In this document: in pieces, positions 1 to 9,908 of the stretch
Layout: each line of letters begins with the position of its first letter
How positions within the stretch are numbered: the first letter of the stretch is position 1
The notes under the pieces: model-generated
The model's database searches: none
Told to the model about the DNA's origin: nothing
Seen by the model: only the letters and a program-made list of their open reading frames with translations
Made by a program: the position numbers and the translations under genes
Assembly (NCBI GenBank): GCA_027487375.1
Contig: JAIYDQ010000048.1
Location: 1-55,008 of the forward strand
DNA from: Planctomycetaceae bacterium
Lineage (GTDB): Bacteria; Planctomycetota; Planctomycetia; Pirellulales; Pirellulaceae
Reading direction: 5' to 3'
DNA: 55,008 nt

Positions 1-828
1 AACTTCTTGGGTTTGATCATCTCGGATATCGAAAACCCGTTTTATCCCGGACTGATCAAATCGTTTGAAACTGCCGCCATTGAGTTTGGCTACGAGATGC
101 TTCTATGCACGACGAACTACCAGCAAGAGCGTACCGAGAGCGCCTTTCGTAAGATGATCGAAAACAAGGTACCGGGCGTTGCGGTGATGACTTCGCGTGT
201 TGCACCTTCAATGGCAGACTACTTGGCTGAACAAGGCATTGCATCGGTTTTCCTTGACTCCGTCGCAAGTGGTGCCATGAGAAGTAACATCCGTGTGGAT
301 TACATGAATGGAGTTGCAGGGGCTGTCAATCATTTGCACCACATGGGGCACAGGGACTTCGCATTGGTCGCGGGACCGCAAGACCGCGCATCCCATGTTG
401 CTTACAGAGAGGCATTCGAGCTTGCACTCCAACACTGGAAGCTTGTGCCCCGAGTTATTGAAGGCAACAACGATTCCGATAGCGGTGAGCAAGCAGTGAC
501 CGAGCTATTAACCGCCAAGCGACTACCAACCGCGATTCTCTGTAGCAACGACGTGACCGCCATGAGTGTCATTCGTGCGTTTGCAAGATGTGGAGTGCGC
601 GTCCCTGAGGACGTCTCGGTTGTCGGCGCGGATGACATTCCTGTTGCTTCACTCACGCAACCGCCACTAACAACTGTTCGTATGCCGCGAGAACGATTGG
701 GTGCGCTCGCTCTTCAAACACTTCACGAAATGCTGTCCACACGATCTCAAGGAGGCGTCGAACTGACCGTCGAGACCGAGCTTATCCTTCGAGAAACGAC
801 GCGTATTGCTTCTCAAGCAGTTGCGTAA
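1..828 (+). CDS. LacI-family transcriptional regulator, effector-binding (periplasmic-binding-protein-like) domain only. The 5' end and HTH domain lie outside the window
   Basis: The frame is open from base 1 (NF precedes tracked ORF 7..828) to the stop at 826-828. Strings LIISDIENPFYPGLIKSFE, AILCSNDVTAMSVIRAF and VSVVGADDIP are typical of LacI/PurR sugar-binding domains. Confidence 0.8.
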   Translation, partial: NFLGLIISDIENPFYPGLIKSFETAAIEFGYEMLLCTTNYQQERTESAFRKMIENKVPGVAVMTSRVAPSMADYLAEQGIASVFLDSVASGAMRSNIRVDYMNGVAGAVNHLHHMGHRDFALVAGPQDRASHVAYREAFELALQHWKLVPRVIEGNNDSDSGEQAVTELLTAKRLPTAILCSNDVTAMSVIRAFARCGVRVPEDVSVVGADDIPVASLTQPPLTTVRMPRERLGALALQTLHEMLSTRSQGGVELTVETELILRETTRIASQAVA

Positions 829-939
829 GATTCTCGTCCGGTGAGCCACACGAGAATTCGTTCCAAGCATGCGACCTTCTCTGATTGGTCATTCACTCTT
901 CATCAGCATTTGATTCTACCAGCTCTAAACTTGGCGTAC

Positions 940-959
940 CTGAATTCGTAAGAATTCAG
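940..959. repeat. GTAA-loop palindromic hairpin (family C), possibly a terminator for the LacI-family gene
   Basis: CTGAATTC-GTAA-GAATTCAG forms a perfect 8-bp stem. It has the same NNNNTC-GTAA-GANNNN design as 20573-20592 and 38600-38674. Coordinates were cross-checked against ORF 885..1154 (PEFVRIQ). Confidence 0.7.
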
Positions 960-1043
960 ACGTCGATGAGCGCCAAGGCAGAAGATGGTGTTTTTGGATG
1001 TCTTACTACATGTGCTACGAGTTCAAGCCTTGCGTTGAAAACA

Positions 1044-1478
1044 TCAGTTCGCCAAGACAGCCAATCCCGCTTGCGCTACCTGTCCGTCTTGCGCACTTGT
1101 TCCGCCCGATATGCCGATTCCGCCGGTGATCACACCGTCAACGATGATCGGTAACCCGCCATCGATCGGCACAGCGCCGCTCATGCCTAGCATGCGTATC
1201 CCTTCTCCGCCTGCGGCGACCATGTCATGAAACGCTTTGGTGGGCCTTCGGAAAGCCACGGCAGATCTTGCTTTATCTTGAGCGACTTGCACGCTACCAA
1301 ATTGTGCGTTATTCATCCGCTCTAGTAGTACCAAGTGGCCGCCAGCATCCATAATCGCAACAACCATACACCAGCCGTTACGCACGGCCTCTGCTTGTGC
1401 TGCAGCAGAGACAACTCGTGCTTTCTCGAGATTGATGGATAGTCCGTAGGATGGGAGTTGCGGAATTGGATTGCTCAC
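1044..1478 (-). CDS. glcG: GlcG/DUF336 (HbpS-like) protein
   Basis: 144 aa. GGLPIIVDGVITGGIGISGGTSAQDGQVA matches the GlcG/DUF336 signature. It lies directly downstream of malate synthase G on the same strand. Confidence 0.75.
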   Translation of the reverse strand: MSNPIPQLPSYGLSINLEKARVVSAAAQAEAVRNGWCMVVAIMDAGGHLVLLERMNNAQFGSVQVAQDKARSAVAFRRPTKAFHDMVAAGGEGIRMLGMSGAVPIDGGLPIIVDGVITGGIGISGGTSAQDGQVAQAGLAVLAN

Positions 1479-1642
1479 GAGTGCGTTTCCTTTTGGTGCG
1501 GGGCAAATTGAAGGTGTAATGGTGCTTTGAACAAGTTATTCGTGGAATTGTGGTTGGCAAGCTGCGTTGAACTTACCAGCGACTGCGTTTGGCAAGGCAG
1601 AGATCAGAAGTGCGATGGCGATGTTGCCTATATCGATTCGCG

Positions 1643-3823
1643 TTAATGAGTACTGCGGGCTTTCACTTCGCGTCGACGAGCATGCAAAACGAACTCGGTG
1701 TAGCCATTAGGTTGCTGGACACCTTTAAAGACGAGGTCGCATGCGGCTTGAAATGCAATGTTTTGATCGAAGTTCGGCGACATGGGGCGATAGCTTGAGT
1801 CGCCAGCATTTTGACGATCGACCACTGCAGCCATTCGTCGAAGCGTTTCGTTTACTTGCTCTGGCGAACAGACTCCGTGCCGCAACCAGTTGGCGATATG
1901 CTGGCTTGAGATGCGCAACGTAGCGCGGTCTTCCATCAGTCCGACGTCATGGATGTCTGGTACTTTTGAACACCCGACTCCGCTGTCGATCCATCGTACG
2001 ACATAACCGAGAATGCTTTGCACATTGTTATCAAGTTCTTGCTGGACTTCCTGAGCCGTTGGCCACATCGCTCCTTGCAGCGGCAAGGTTAGGATATCAT
2101 CCAGACTTGCACGAGATCGTTTAGCAATCTCTGTTTGACGCTGTGCAACATTGACATCGTGATAATGCAACGCATGAAGCGTGGCAGCAGTTGGAGAGGG
2201 CACCCAAGCAGTGTTCGCTCCAGCCATGGGATGCGCACGCTTGGTTGCAACCATTTGCGCCATAAGGTCAGGCATGGCATACATACCCTTTCCGATTTGA
2301 GCGCGACCACGCAATCCACAAGCTAGGCCATTGTCCACATTCCAATCCTCATACGCGAGAATCCAAGGCTGCGACTTCATGACGTTCTTTCGTACCACGG
2401 GACCGGCTTCCATGCTGGTATGAATCTCGTCACCCGTACGGTCGAGAAATCCCGTATTGATAAAGACAACGCGATCCTTAGCAACACGAATGCATTCCTT
2501 GAGGTTGATGGTTGTGCGACGCTCTTCATCCATGATTCCAACTTTGACTGAAAAGCGAGGCAGACTGAGTGCGTCTTCGAGGCGTCTGAAAAGTTCGCAG
2601 GTCAATGCAACTTCCTCGGGCCCATGCATCTTAGGCTTTACGATGTAAATGTTTCCCACCCGCGAGTTACGGAACTTGCCAAGCCCTTTCACGTCGAGTG
2701 ACGAAATCAAGCATGTAAAAAACGCATCGAGAAAACCTTCGGGAATCTCGTTGCCATCGCCGTCGAGCACAGCGTCGGTGAACATGTGATGGCCAACGTT
2801 TCTTGCAAAGAGCAAGCTTCGACCTGGCAGAGTTATCGTTCCTCCGTCCGGTTTCGTGTAGGACCGATCTGAATGAAGCGTACGCGTCAGCGATCGTCCA
2901 CCCTTCTCAAATGTTTCGGACAAATCACCCTGGATCAATCCAAGCCAGTTCGTGTAAGTAAGCGCCTTGTCTTCCGCATCCACAACCGATACAGAATCTT
3001 CCATGTCTTGAATGGTTGTGATCGCAGATTCAAGCACTACGTCTTTGATACCCGCAGCATCAGTCTTGCCAATAATGTGATCGCGATCAAACTGAATTTC
3101 GATGTGCAGACCGTTATTGACCAGCAAGATCGCAGATGGCGTCACAGGATCGCCAACATAGCCCTCAAATCTTGTTGCGTCAGCCAGAGTAGTCTGCTCA
3201 TGATCACGCAATGAAACAACCAGCTTTCCGCCTTGCACAGAATACGCAGTGACGTCTTTGTGACTGCCCGTCGCGAGCGGAACAGCTTTGTCTAGGAAAT
3301 CACGAGTGAAAGCGATAACCTTGGCTCCGCGTTTTGGGTTAAAGCCACCAGCTTTTTCACAACCGTCAGCCTCTGGAATCACATCTGTTCCGTAGAGCGC
3401 ATCATAGAGGCTGCCCCAGCGTGCGTTGGCAGCATTGAGCGCATAGCGTGCATTCGTGACTGGCACGACCAACTGCGGTCCGGCAATCTTTGCTACTTCA
3501 TCATCGACTTTCTCGGTAGTTGCCGAGAAATCTGGCCCCTCGGGGAGAAGGTAACCGATCTCAACCAAGAAACTCTTGTAAGCTGCAGCATCATGCGGCT
3601 TGCCTGCTTGCGAACGATGCCACTGATCAATCCGCGACTGCAGATCGTCTCGCTTGGCCAAAAGCTTGCGGACCTGAGGCGTTAGGTCCGCAACTATCCT
3701 TTCAAATGCGGCCCATACGCCTACTGGATCGAACCCTGTGCGTGGACAAATATGCTGAGTAAGAAGATCGTTCAGGACTGTAGCGACTTGCAGACCGCCT
3801 TGTAAGGTGCGTTGGGTCATCAT
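1643..3823 (-). CDS. glcB: Malate synthase G
   Basis: 726 aa, the typical G-type length. Conserved strings [12 protein letters not shown] and [19 protein letters not shown] are present. Confidence 0.95.
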   Translation of the reverse strand: MMTQRTLQGGLQVATVLNDLLTQHICPRTGFDPVGVWAAFERIVADLTPQVRKLLAKRDDLQSRIDQWHRSQAGKPHDAAAYKSFLVEIGYLLPEGPDFSATTEKVDDEVAKIAGPQLVVPVTNARYALNAANARWGSLYDALYGTDVIPEADGCEKAGGFNPKRGAKVIAFTRDFLDKAVPLATGSHKDVTAYSVQGGKLVVSLRDHEQTTLADATRFEGYVGDPVTPSAILLVNNGLHIEIQFDRDHIIGKTDAAGIKDVVLESAITTIQDMEDSVSVVDAEDKALTYTNWLGLIQGDLSETFEKGGRSLTRTLHSDRSYTKPDGGTITLPGRSLLFARNVGHHMFTDAVLDGDGNEIPEGFLDAFFTCLISSLDVKGLGKFRNSRVGNIYIVKPKMHGPEEVALTCELFRRLEDALSLPRFSVKVGIMDEERRTTINLKECIRVAKDRVVFINTGFLDRTGDEIHTSMEAGPVVRKNVMKSQPWILAYEDWNVDNGLACGLRGRAQIGKGMYAMPDLMAQMVATKRAHPMAGANTAWVPSPTAATLHALHYHDVNVAQRQTEIAKRSRASLDDILTLPLQGAMWPTAQEVQQELDNNVQSILGYVVRWIDSGVGCSKVPDIHDVGLMEDRATLRISSQHIANWLRHGVCSPEQVNETLRRMAAVVDRQNAGDSSYRPMSPNFDQNIAFQAACDLVFKGVQQPNGYTEFVLHARRREVKARSTH

Positions 3824-3875
3824 GTTGATATGCTTTACTCTATGTGCTTAGTGATTCAGTTCTTGGTTAACTTGA

Positions 3876-5417
3876 TTAGTTCCGTGATTTTGCTGGAGCG
3901 TCGCTACGGAAAGGTGATGCTGGCAAGCCTTCCTGATTGTACAAGTTCACATCCGGCACTGCAGCCCATCCGTACCGAACAGCAACTGGTTTAGACACAC
4001 CGTCAGAGGTAACGACTACAGTTGAACCTTCAATGACAGCATGAGCCGGAACGAACTTCTCATCTTCCCCAGCGATTGTAAAGCCTTTCAGCGATTCCCC
4101 CTTTACCATCAGCCCCTCGCCCACATGGGTGAACGAAATCACCGCGCGATCGCCAACGATAGCGATGCTGTCGAAGATAGGCCCAGAGTATTCGCCTGAA
4201 GGTTGGTTAGGTTGATTGTAAGTCAACGCGAAAGCGGCCAAAGCCAACCGTTCTCCGACCGGTCGTTTGCGTATGGGGTGAATGTTAGTGGCATCGCCGA
4301 CGTCAGTGGTAACAACCATCGCAGTGCGCGGAGTGTTTTGCCAGATCCGCTCCTGCGCTTCACGAAAAGAGGGATGGATGCTCCGATGCGGTGCTAGTTG
4401 AACGAACAAAAAAGGGAGTTCTTCGCCCCACACCCGCCGCCAGTCTGCGATCAACGCAGGGAGCAATTTCTCATAAGCAGCAGCCTGACTGGAGTTGGAT
4501 TCGCCCTGATACCAAATCGCGCCGCGAATCGCAAATGGTTGTAGCGGTGCGATCATTCCATTATGAAGAGCACTCGGACAATCGTGGCAACGCAACTTAG
4601 GCATCTTTGGTGCGGGTGGCACCGGAGCACCTTGCGCTTTGGCCGACTTCACAGCCTGAGGATACACTCGATCACGCTGGTGTTGAAAATCCCGATAGAT
4701 GACGCCAATACTCTCAAACTCTTCGGGGGATATGCTGCTCCACTTTTCCACCAAAGGGCCCGCTTCGGGAATCGTTGCGAGCGTTTCAGAATTGGTCCAA
4801 CATTCAATTCTTGTGCCACCAATGGAACTCACGATCAATCCAATTGGAACTCCTGTTTTGTGCCGCAGACCTTGTGCAAAGTAATAAGCCACAGCAGAGC
4901 ACGCTCCAGTTGTCGTCGAATTGGCAGTACTCCATCGACCAGACACATTAGCCTTAGGGGATTGCGAGAACTGGTCATCCACCGTGAAAAATCTTAAGTC
5001 AGGATCGTTTGCTGCAGCGATCTCCTTCTCTGCATCCTCAACCTGTGCCATCCGGAAGTGCATGTTGGATTGCCCTGAACAAAGCCACACATCACCAACA
5101 ACAACCCCTTCAACTTTGGATACTCGATCCTCAAAACTGGAACGTACAACTAGCGTTCGCCCCTCCGATGAAGCAGGCATCGGATCAAGTCTAACGAACC
5201 ATTTGCCATCGGCATCGGCTGTTTGCGTTTTTGATTGCCCCGCAAACTCAACGGTGATAGCCTCACCCGGATCCGCCCACCCCCACACGGGCACTGACTT
5301 CTCACGCTGTAGCACCATTTGATCAGCGAATAAACCAGCTAGCTGAAGCTCCTTCGCTTGAGAAGTCGATATAAGGGCAACAAGAATTGCTACCACTAAA
5401 GTAATGCGTTGTTTCAT
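3876..5417 (-). CDS. Secreted sialate O-acetylesterase-like (SASA/DUF303, SGNH-type) carbohydrate esterase
   Basis: 513 aa with signal peptide MKQRITLVVAILVALISTSQA. It carries the GQSNM serine block (LCSGQSNMHF) and IWYQGESN. Confidence 0.75.
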   Translation of the reverse strand: MKQRITLVVAILVALISTSQAKELQLAGLFADQMVLQREKSVPVWGWADPGEAITVEFAGQSKTQTADADGKWFVRLDPMPASSEGRTLVVRSSFEDRVSKVEGVVVGDVWLCSGQSNMHFRMAQVEDAEKEIAAANDPDLRFFTVDDQFSQSPKANVSGRWSTANSTTTGACSAVAYYFAQGLRHKTGVPIGLIVSSIGGTRIECWTNSETLATIPEAGPLVEKWSSISPEEFESIGVIYRDFQHQRDRVYPQAVKSAKAQGAPVPPAPKMPKLRCHDCPSALHNGMIAPLQPFAIRGAIWYQGESNSSQAAAYEKLLPALIADWRRVWGEELPFLFVQLAPHRSIHPSFREAQERIWQNTPRTAMVVTTDVGDATNIHPIRKRPVGERLALAAFALTYNQPNQPSGEYSGPIFDSIAIVGDRAVISFTHVGEGLMVKGESLKGFTIAGEDEKFVPAHAVIEGSTVVVTSDGVSKPVAVRYGWAAVPDVNLYNQEGLPASPFRSDAPAKSRN

Positions 5418-5629
5418 GATTGCTCTTTTTCAGGAACCCAACGGGCTCGAATAGCTTGGACTTATTCCTAGATTATCGTACGGGCGGCCGTATCCAAAAC
5501 AAATTAGGTTCGAGAAGTTGCTCGCTATCACCTTGGACCACTGTAGGTAAAGTCAATCGCGGCGACGCAGTGGCGGAAAACGCCCATCGCGTGGTTTCAC
5601 CGAAACCAAACTCAATTGACGCCGGCTGA

Positions 5630-5644
5630 CGTCTTGGAGAGACG
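5630..5644. repeat. GAGAC hairpin (family A) copy
   Basis: CGTCTT-GGA-GAGACG followed by AGCTTACGCG. It lies in the intergenic region downstream of the ZIP transporter gene. The core is the same as at 15909, 15933, 31589 and 52243. Confidence 0.6.
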
Positions 5645-5668
5645 AGCTTACGCGATCCACTACAAAAT

Positions 5669-6613
5669 CTAATGCGAATGCGAGTGTTGCTCATGGCCGT
5701 CACCTTCGTGAAGGTGAGCCGGTTCAAGAAACCCGATTGCCCACGCGATTGCGATGCCGATGATCAGAACAACCGACAGTCTTACGCGATTGTGCGAATG
5801 AAACTCCATCTCTGGCAAAAGATCCGAAAGCGCAATACACAAAAAGACACCAGCCGAAAAAGCCAGCCCCCAACCTGCAATCGATTGAGCCATAGGTCCA
5901 CCCAAGCTTCCGAAAAGAAGTACGAGCATCGCGCCAACAGGCACCATCGATGAAAACAGAATATTGACCAGTGCGCATTTACCGCTCGATGCTCCCTGAG
6001 CTCGCATCAGTGATGTAATCGACATAGCGTCTAGTGGCTTATGAAGTAAGATCGCGAGGAAAACACCAAAGCCCAACAGATTTGAATGCCCGTGCGCGTG
6101 ATTCGCTTCCACCTGCATCGTCGAAACCAATGCGACACCGTCCAGAAGGGTATGAAAGCCGAGCCCAACCAATACACCAATCCAACTTAACCCCGATGCA
6201 TGCGAATGATCGTGGTGATGGGCGTGTGAACCGTGATCATGAGAATGATCGTGGTCACATTTTGCCGAGTGTTGATCTTTTCCGGTCCCGTCTGTTGAGT
6301 CGCTGAAATCTACTTCATCATGATTATGAAAATGAAAGAACCTCAACATAAAGAACATGATCACCATACCGGTCATCATTGCCCAAGAAACTTCACCCAA
6401 ACGTGCACTTCCGAGTTCGTGTACGGCATGCGGCAACAAATGAAATACCGCAATACCAAGCATCAACCCGCCAACCAAGCTGATCAAAGTCTGCATTCGT
6501 GTATGAGTAAAACGAATGAACTTTGGGAGCCAACCGCCGAGCAAGCTTGCCGCGACAATGATAAGGCTGTAGATCGCAAGCAGGCCCAAAAATGAGCTAT
6601 TCAGTGGTGGCAT
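5669..6613 (-). CDS. ZIP-family divalent metal (zinc) transporter
   Basis: 314 aa and multi-pass hydrophobic. It has a His-rich loop HDHSHDHGSHAHHHDHSH and ZIP-type motifs FHLLPHAVHE and ALSDLLPEMEFH. Confidence 0.85.
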   Translation of the reverse strand: MPPLNSSFLGLLAIYSLIIVAASLLGGWLPKFIRFTHTRMQTLISLVGGLMLGIAVFHLLPHAVHELGSARLGEVSWAMMTGMVIMFFMLRFFHFHNHDEVDFSDSTDGTGKDQHSAKCDHDHSHDHGSHAHHHDHSHASGLSWIGVLVGLGFHTLLDGVALVSTMQVEANHAHGHSNLLGFGVFLAILLHKPLDAMSITSLMRAQGASSGKCALVNILFSSMVPVGAMLVLLFGSLGGPMAQSIAGWGLAFSAGVFLCIALSDLLPEMEFHSHNRVRLSVVLIIGIAIAWAIGFLEPAHLHEGDGHEQHSHSH

Positions 6614-6824
6614 GTTCGCTGGTAAGACTTCCTGCTAGTTACACAGTACTTTTTAGTAAGCCCGACAGCATAACAATTACCAGTAAATTTGGCGAGGACC
6701 GATCTCAAGCTGGCCGGACTGAATTGAGCTCTCGCTGGATAAATCCTCCTCAACGAATAGAGCCGCAGTTGCGTGTCTTGACGCTCCGCAACGTACCATT
6801 CTCGATGCGTCGTTCGTTGAATTT

Positions 6825-6866
6825 TCGTACTCCTACTCGAATCCGGTTTTTCGAGCACGAGAACGA
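6825..6866. repeat. TACGAG-type hairpin (family D) copy
   Basis: TCGTACTCCTACTCGA, a 10-nt loop, then TCGAGCACGAGAACGA (13 of 16 pairs). It is related to 48157-48204. Coordinates were cross-checked against ORF 6592..6966. Confidence 0.55.
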
Positions 6867-7002
6867 CTTATTGATCCGATCTTCAGCAAGTCGCAGCTAC
6901 AAAACCACCGCCAGCGGCTCACGGAACGCCCTAGCCAGTGCACCGCGTCACTCATGGAAGCGGTAATTCGGGGCGTTTCATTTTGACTCGAGCTAACCAG
7001 AC

Positions 7003-8460
7003 TTAGCTATTTGTAGTCGCGGTTGCTAGCTCGCGAACCGCAATGGGAGCGATCTGGTAAGCTCGTGATCGGAAGAGGAAGTCAATCAAGTTGCCTTCGT
7101 GAGGCTGCAGCCAATTGAGCTTGCTGGTTGGAATCGGGCCGATGTTTAATCGGTCGATATGAACAGCATCTGTCAACTCCTCGATCCACGAGGAATCGTT
7201 CGTTAGAGCCGTTCCAACAAGCGTCGGGCCGATCGCTCCGATCATCTGCTTCTGAGGGCACTCGACGACCGAGACAAATGGGAACATGTACTCCTTCATC
7301 GCAACAGCTCTCATTGGGCCGTCAGCATGAACGACAACTGGTCGCAAATAAGCACATCGCTCGTGCTCCACCAAACGGGTTCCAAATCCAGCTGTCATGT
7401 CAGTAACGCCTGATTCAGCAAAGTCTTGCTGAACCATCGACCAGGTTCCTGTTGCCATCGCTGGGTTCGTGAAAGCAGCGAGTTGAGACGTTGGGTCCGA
7501 TGGTGGCTTGATCTCGATACCACCAATTCGTTCCGCGATAGCAGCAGCAATCTCTTTCGTATGTCGCGAGGCCCAGATACCAGAGCAGTTGATACAACTA
7601 CGACCGGAATTGCTTAAGACACTTTCAACCATCATGTCCAAGTAATCTTCCCATTGATCTACGCAATCATCACCGAGCAAAATCTTGGACCAACCTGGCC
7701 CGTGGGCTTGGACTCGGGGATTCCCCGCATACTGCTGAACAGTTTGTGCACTACCAAAAATCATAGCTCGCGGTGACTTACTCAGGATAGTCGAACCAAC
7801 ATCATGCGAACCCGGATACAGACAGAACGCTTCGGCTGGGATGCCCGCTTCGATGAAAGCGGCAATCATTCGATAGGGAGTCCAAGGTTCTTGCGAGCCC
7901 GGCTTGAGAACGAGTCCAACTTGCAATGCAACTGCCGGAAGCCACAGCGTGTGAACTCCCGGTGAGTTGTTCGGAAGAACGGCTCCAAGGATCGGTGACT
8001 GGCACTGAAAAGAGACCGTAACGCCGCGTCCCTCTTCCCCGTAACCTCGCGAGAATATTTCCAAGTCCAATCCGCGTGTTAAACAGTCGAGAATCTTCGG
8101 CATGTTGTGGAGCACGAAAGCGTTCTTCATCATGTTCCCGCGGCACATATGCTCGGGAAGCCCCGTGCTAGCCGATTGTTGATGAACAAAGTCATCTACC
8201 GACTGTTGACCATCGCCCACATTGAGCGTTGCCGTTTCAAAAAGCTGAGCCGCCTTGGCTACCTTCTCCATCAGTTCTGCAGAGCTGAGGCGTTTAAGAG
8301 CCGCACGTGCTTGCGGAGCTTTACGGATATCCATCTGCACCATGCCACCATTGACTTGGCCGATCTTCGCAATGGGAGCCCCGGTTTCAAAGTGGATTAC
8401 ATCCTGGAACTCGAGCGATTTGTAGGGCTTACCCCAACGAAGCGGACTTAGCGTTATCAC
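7003..8460 (-). CDS. Aldehyde-dehydrogenase-superfamily protein, probably a non-hydrolysing (LuxC/acyl-CoA-reductase-like) type
   Basis: 485 aa with a GTG start preceded by AGGAG. ALDH-fold blocks are VLPNNSPGVH...LVLKPGSQEPWT and IFGSAQT. Candidate catalytic Cys are C289/C292 in GRSCINCSG. The position of the ELGGK general-base motif reads AHGPGWSK, with no Glu. Confidence 0.6.
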   Translation of the reverse strand: MITLSPLRWGKPYKSLEFQDVIHFETGAPIAKIGQVNGGMVQMDIRKAPQARAALKRLSSAELMEKVAKAAQLFETATLNVGDGQQSVDDFVHQQSASTGLPEHMCRGNMMKNAFVLHNMPKILDCLTRGLDLEIFSRGYGEEGRGVTVSFQCQSPILGAVLPNNSPGVHTLWLPAVALQVGLVLKPGSQEPWTPYRMIAAFIEAGIPAEAFCLYPGSHDVGSTILSKSPRAMIFGSAQTVQQYAGNPRVQAHGPGWSKILLGDDCVDQWEDYLDMMVESVLSNSGRSCINCSGIWASRHTKEIAAAIAERIGGIEIKPPSDPTSQLAAFTNPAMATGTWSMVQQDFAESGVTDMTAGFGTRLVEHERCAYLRPVVVHADGPMRAVAMKEYMFPFVSVVECPQKQMIGAIGPTLVGTALTNDSSWIEELTDAVHIDRLNIGPIPTSKLNWLQPHEGNLIDFLFRSRAYQIAPIAVRELATATTNS

Positions 8461-8644
8461 TTGGAATTATCTCCTGCAAACTTGAATACTTGTAAATATT
8501 TTGCCGTGCAATCGTTGTTGCAAGTTTTAATTGCTACTCGCAGTAATAGCGTTCGATTGCGTGCTATCTGGTAAATTGTGGGAAAGTCGAAACCCGTGGC
8601 TAGCGCCATCGGCTCAGGCTTCATCAGCCCAGTGGTATCGTAAG

Positions 8645-9790
8645 TTAGTAAACTCCGACAGTGGTTCCACCAGGAATTCCGTGGAAGGGTCTGACACCGC
8701 TGATTCCATCCCAAGGGTACTTAGCGAAGGGTTGCTCACGCTCTCCCTCGTCTCGCTCAAGGAACCCCGGAACAAAGAACTCTTTGGTCATCGTATAAAG
8801 CTTGGCTCGACCAGTTTTCCCGAAGCCAACAACTTGATTGTGATCATCAAAGTCTACGACTTCAACAACCGCTCGAGGTTGCGGTGCGTAGTAAGCAATC
8901 GTGTAATCGTCATGTGCACCAATCGGGCGCGAACAAGCCAAGCCCATCAATGTGTTACCGTATGTTGGCGTCATGAAAACGCCACCTTCATCAGAGGGGC
9001 CTCCGAGCAACTCTTCTACACAGAACCGAGTCCACTGTGGAGTAAACTCTGTTCCGCCAGAAAATATGCCTGTGATACCGACTTCTTGGATACTTGTTCC
9101 GCGTTCTGCGAGACCATACGCCAGAGACTCTAGGAGTTTCGGGGTCGTGAACATGCACTTGATATCGTGACCAGCGGTGAGAATTGTGATGGCTTGATCG
9201 ATACAGTGCTTCTTGTACTCCTCAAGATGTTCCATCCAACCTTTCTTGATCAACTTAATAACCCAGCGCGGATCTAAGTCGATACAAAAACTAATGCCGC
9301 CGCGATATTGACAGAGATGTTCGACGGCCAGTCGCAAGCGACGCGGACCTGAAGGACCCAGCATCAACCAATTCGATCCTTTAGGAAAAAATTCGTCTGG
9401 AAGCGTGTGACTAAACAACTCGTAGTCGATTCGGAAGTCATCGATCACCACCCGGCTCTTAGGAATACCGGTTGTCCCTCCGGTCTCAAAGACGTACGTA
9501 GGCTTGCCTGCCATGCCAGCAGGTATCCAGCGATTCACCGGCCCGCCTCGCAACCAGTCGTCCTCGAACAGCGGAAACTTTTTGATATCTTCGAAGCACT
9601 TCACTTCGGTGAGCGGATCAAACTTCAACTCTTTCTTTTTCTGCAGCCAAAATGGTGATCCAGTCGACTCGTGAAAGTGCCACTGAACTGTTTCGTAAGC
9701 GTGGCTGTCGAGGACCGCTTTTGCATTGGCGACTTGAGCAGCCAGGTCAGAACTACTGGAAACATTCGAGGAGGATTCAACTGTGCTCAT
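8645..9790 (-). CDS. Short ANL-superfamily adenylate-forming enzyme (PaaK/LuxE-like acyl-AMP or acyl-protein synthetase)
   Basis: 381 aa. The P-loop-like motif YVFETGGTTGIPKSR corresponds to (S/T)SG(S/T)TGxPK. It is too short to contain the large C-terminal domain of classical acyl-CoA synthetases. Confidence 0.6.
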   Translation of the reverse strand: MSTVESSSNVSSSSDLAAQVANAKAVLDSHAYETVQWHFHESTGSPFWLQKKKELKFDPLTEVKCFEDIKKFPLFEDDWLRGGPVNRWIPAGMAGKPTYVFETGGTTGIPKSRVVIDDFRIDYELFSHTLPDEFFPKGSNWLMLGPSGPRRLRLAVEHLCQYRGGISFCIDLDPRWVIKLIKKGWMEHLEEYKKHCIDQAITILTAGHDIKCMFTTPKLLESLAYGLAERGTSIQEVGITGIFSGGTEFTPQWTRFCVEELLGGPSDEGGVFMTPTYGNTLMGLACSRPIGAHDDYTIAYYAPQPRAVVEVVDFDDHNQVVGFGKTGRAKLYTMTKEFFVPGFLERDEGEREQPFAKYPWDGISGVRPFHGIPGGTTVGVY

Positions 9791-9908
9791 GGGCAGAACC
9801 TGCGTAGGTAGAATAAGGTTTCAAGGTGGGGACGCGTCGGAAAATCACCGCAACGACTTAGGATCGAGCAAAACACTTGCTTTGCAGACTCCTAGTATAT
9901 CAAAGATG

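Noticed and set aside
885-1154. 89-aa ORF spanning the GTAA-loop hairpin and overlapping the glcG 3' end
   Set aside because: It overlaps a supported gene on the opposite strand and runs through a palindromic repeat. It has no motif support.
6592-6966. 124-aa ORF filling the ZIP / ALDH-like intergenic gap
   Set aside because: Its composition is Arg/Ser-rich and non-protein-like. It contains the family D hairpin, and no start context or motif is present. It is more likely untranslated regulatory or terminator space.
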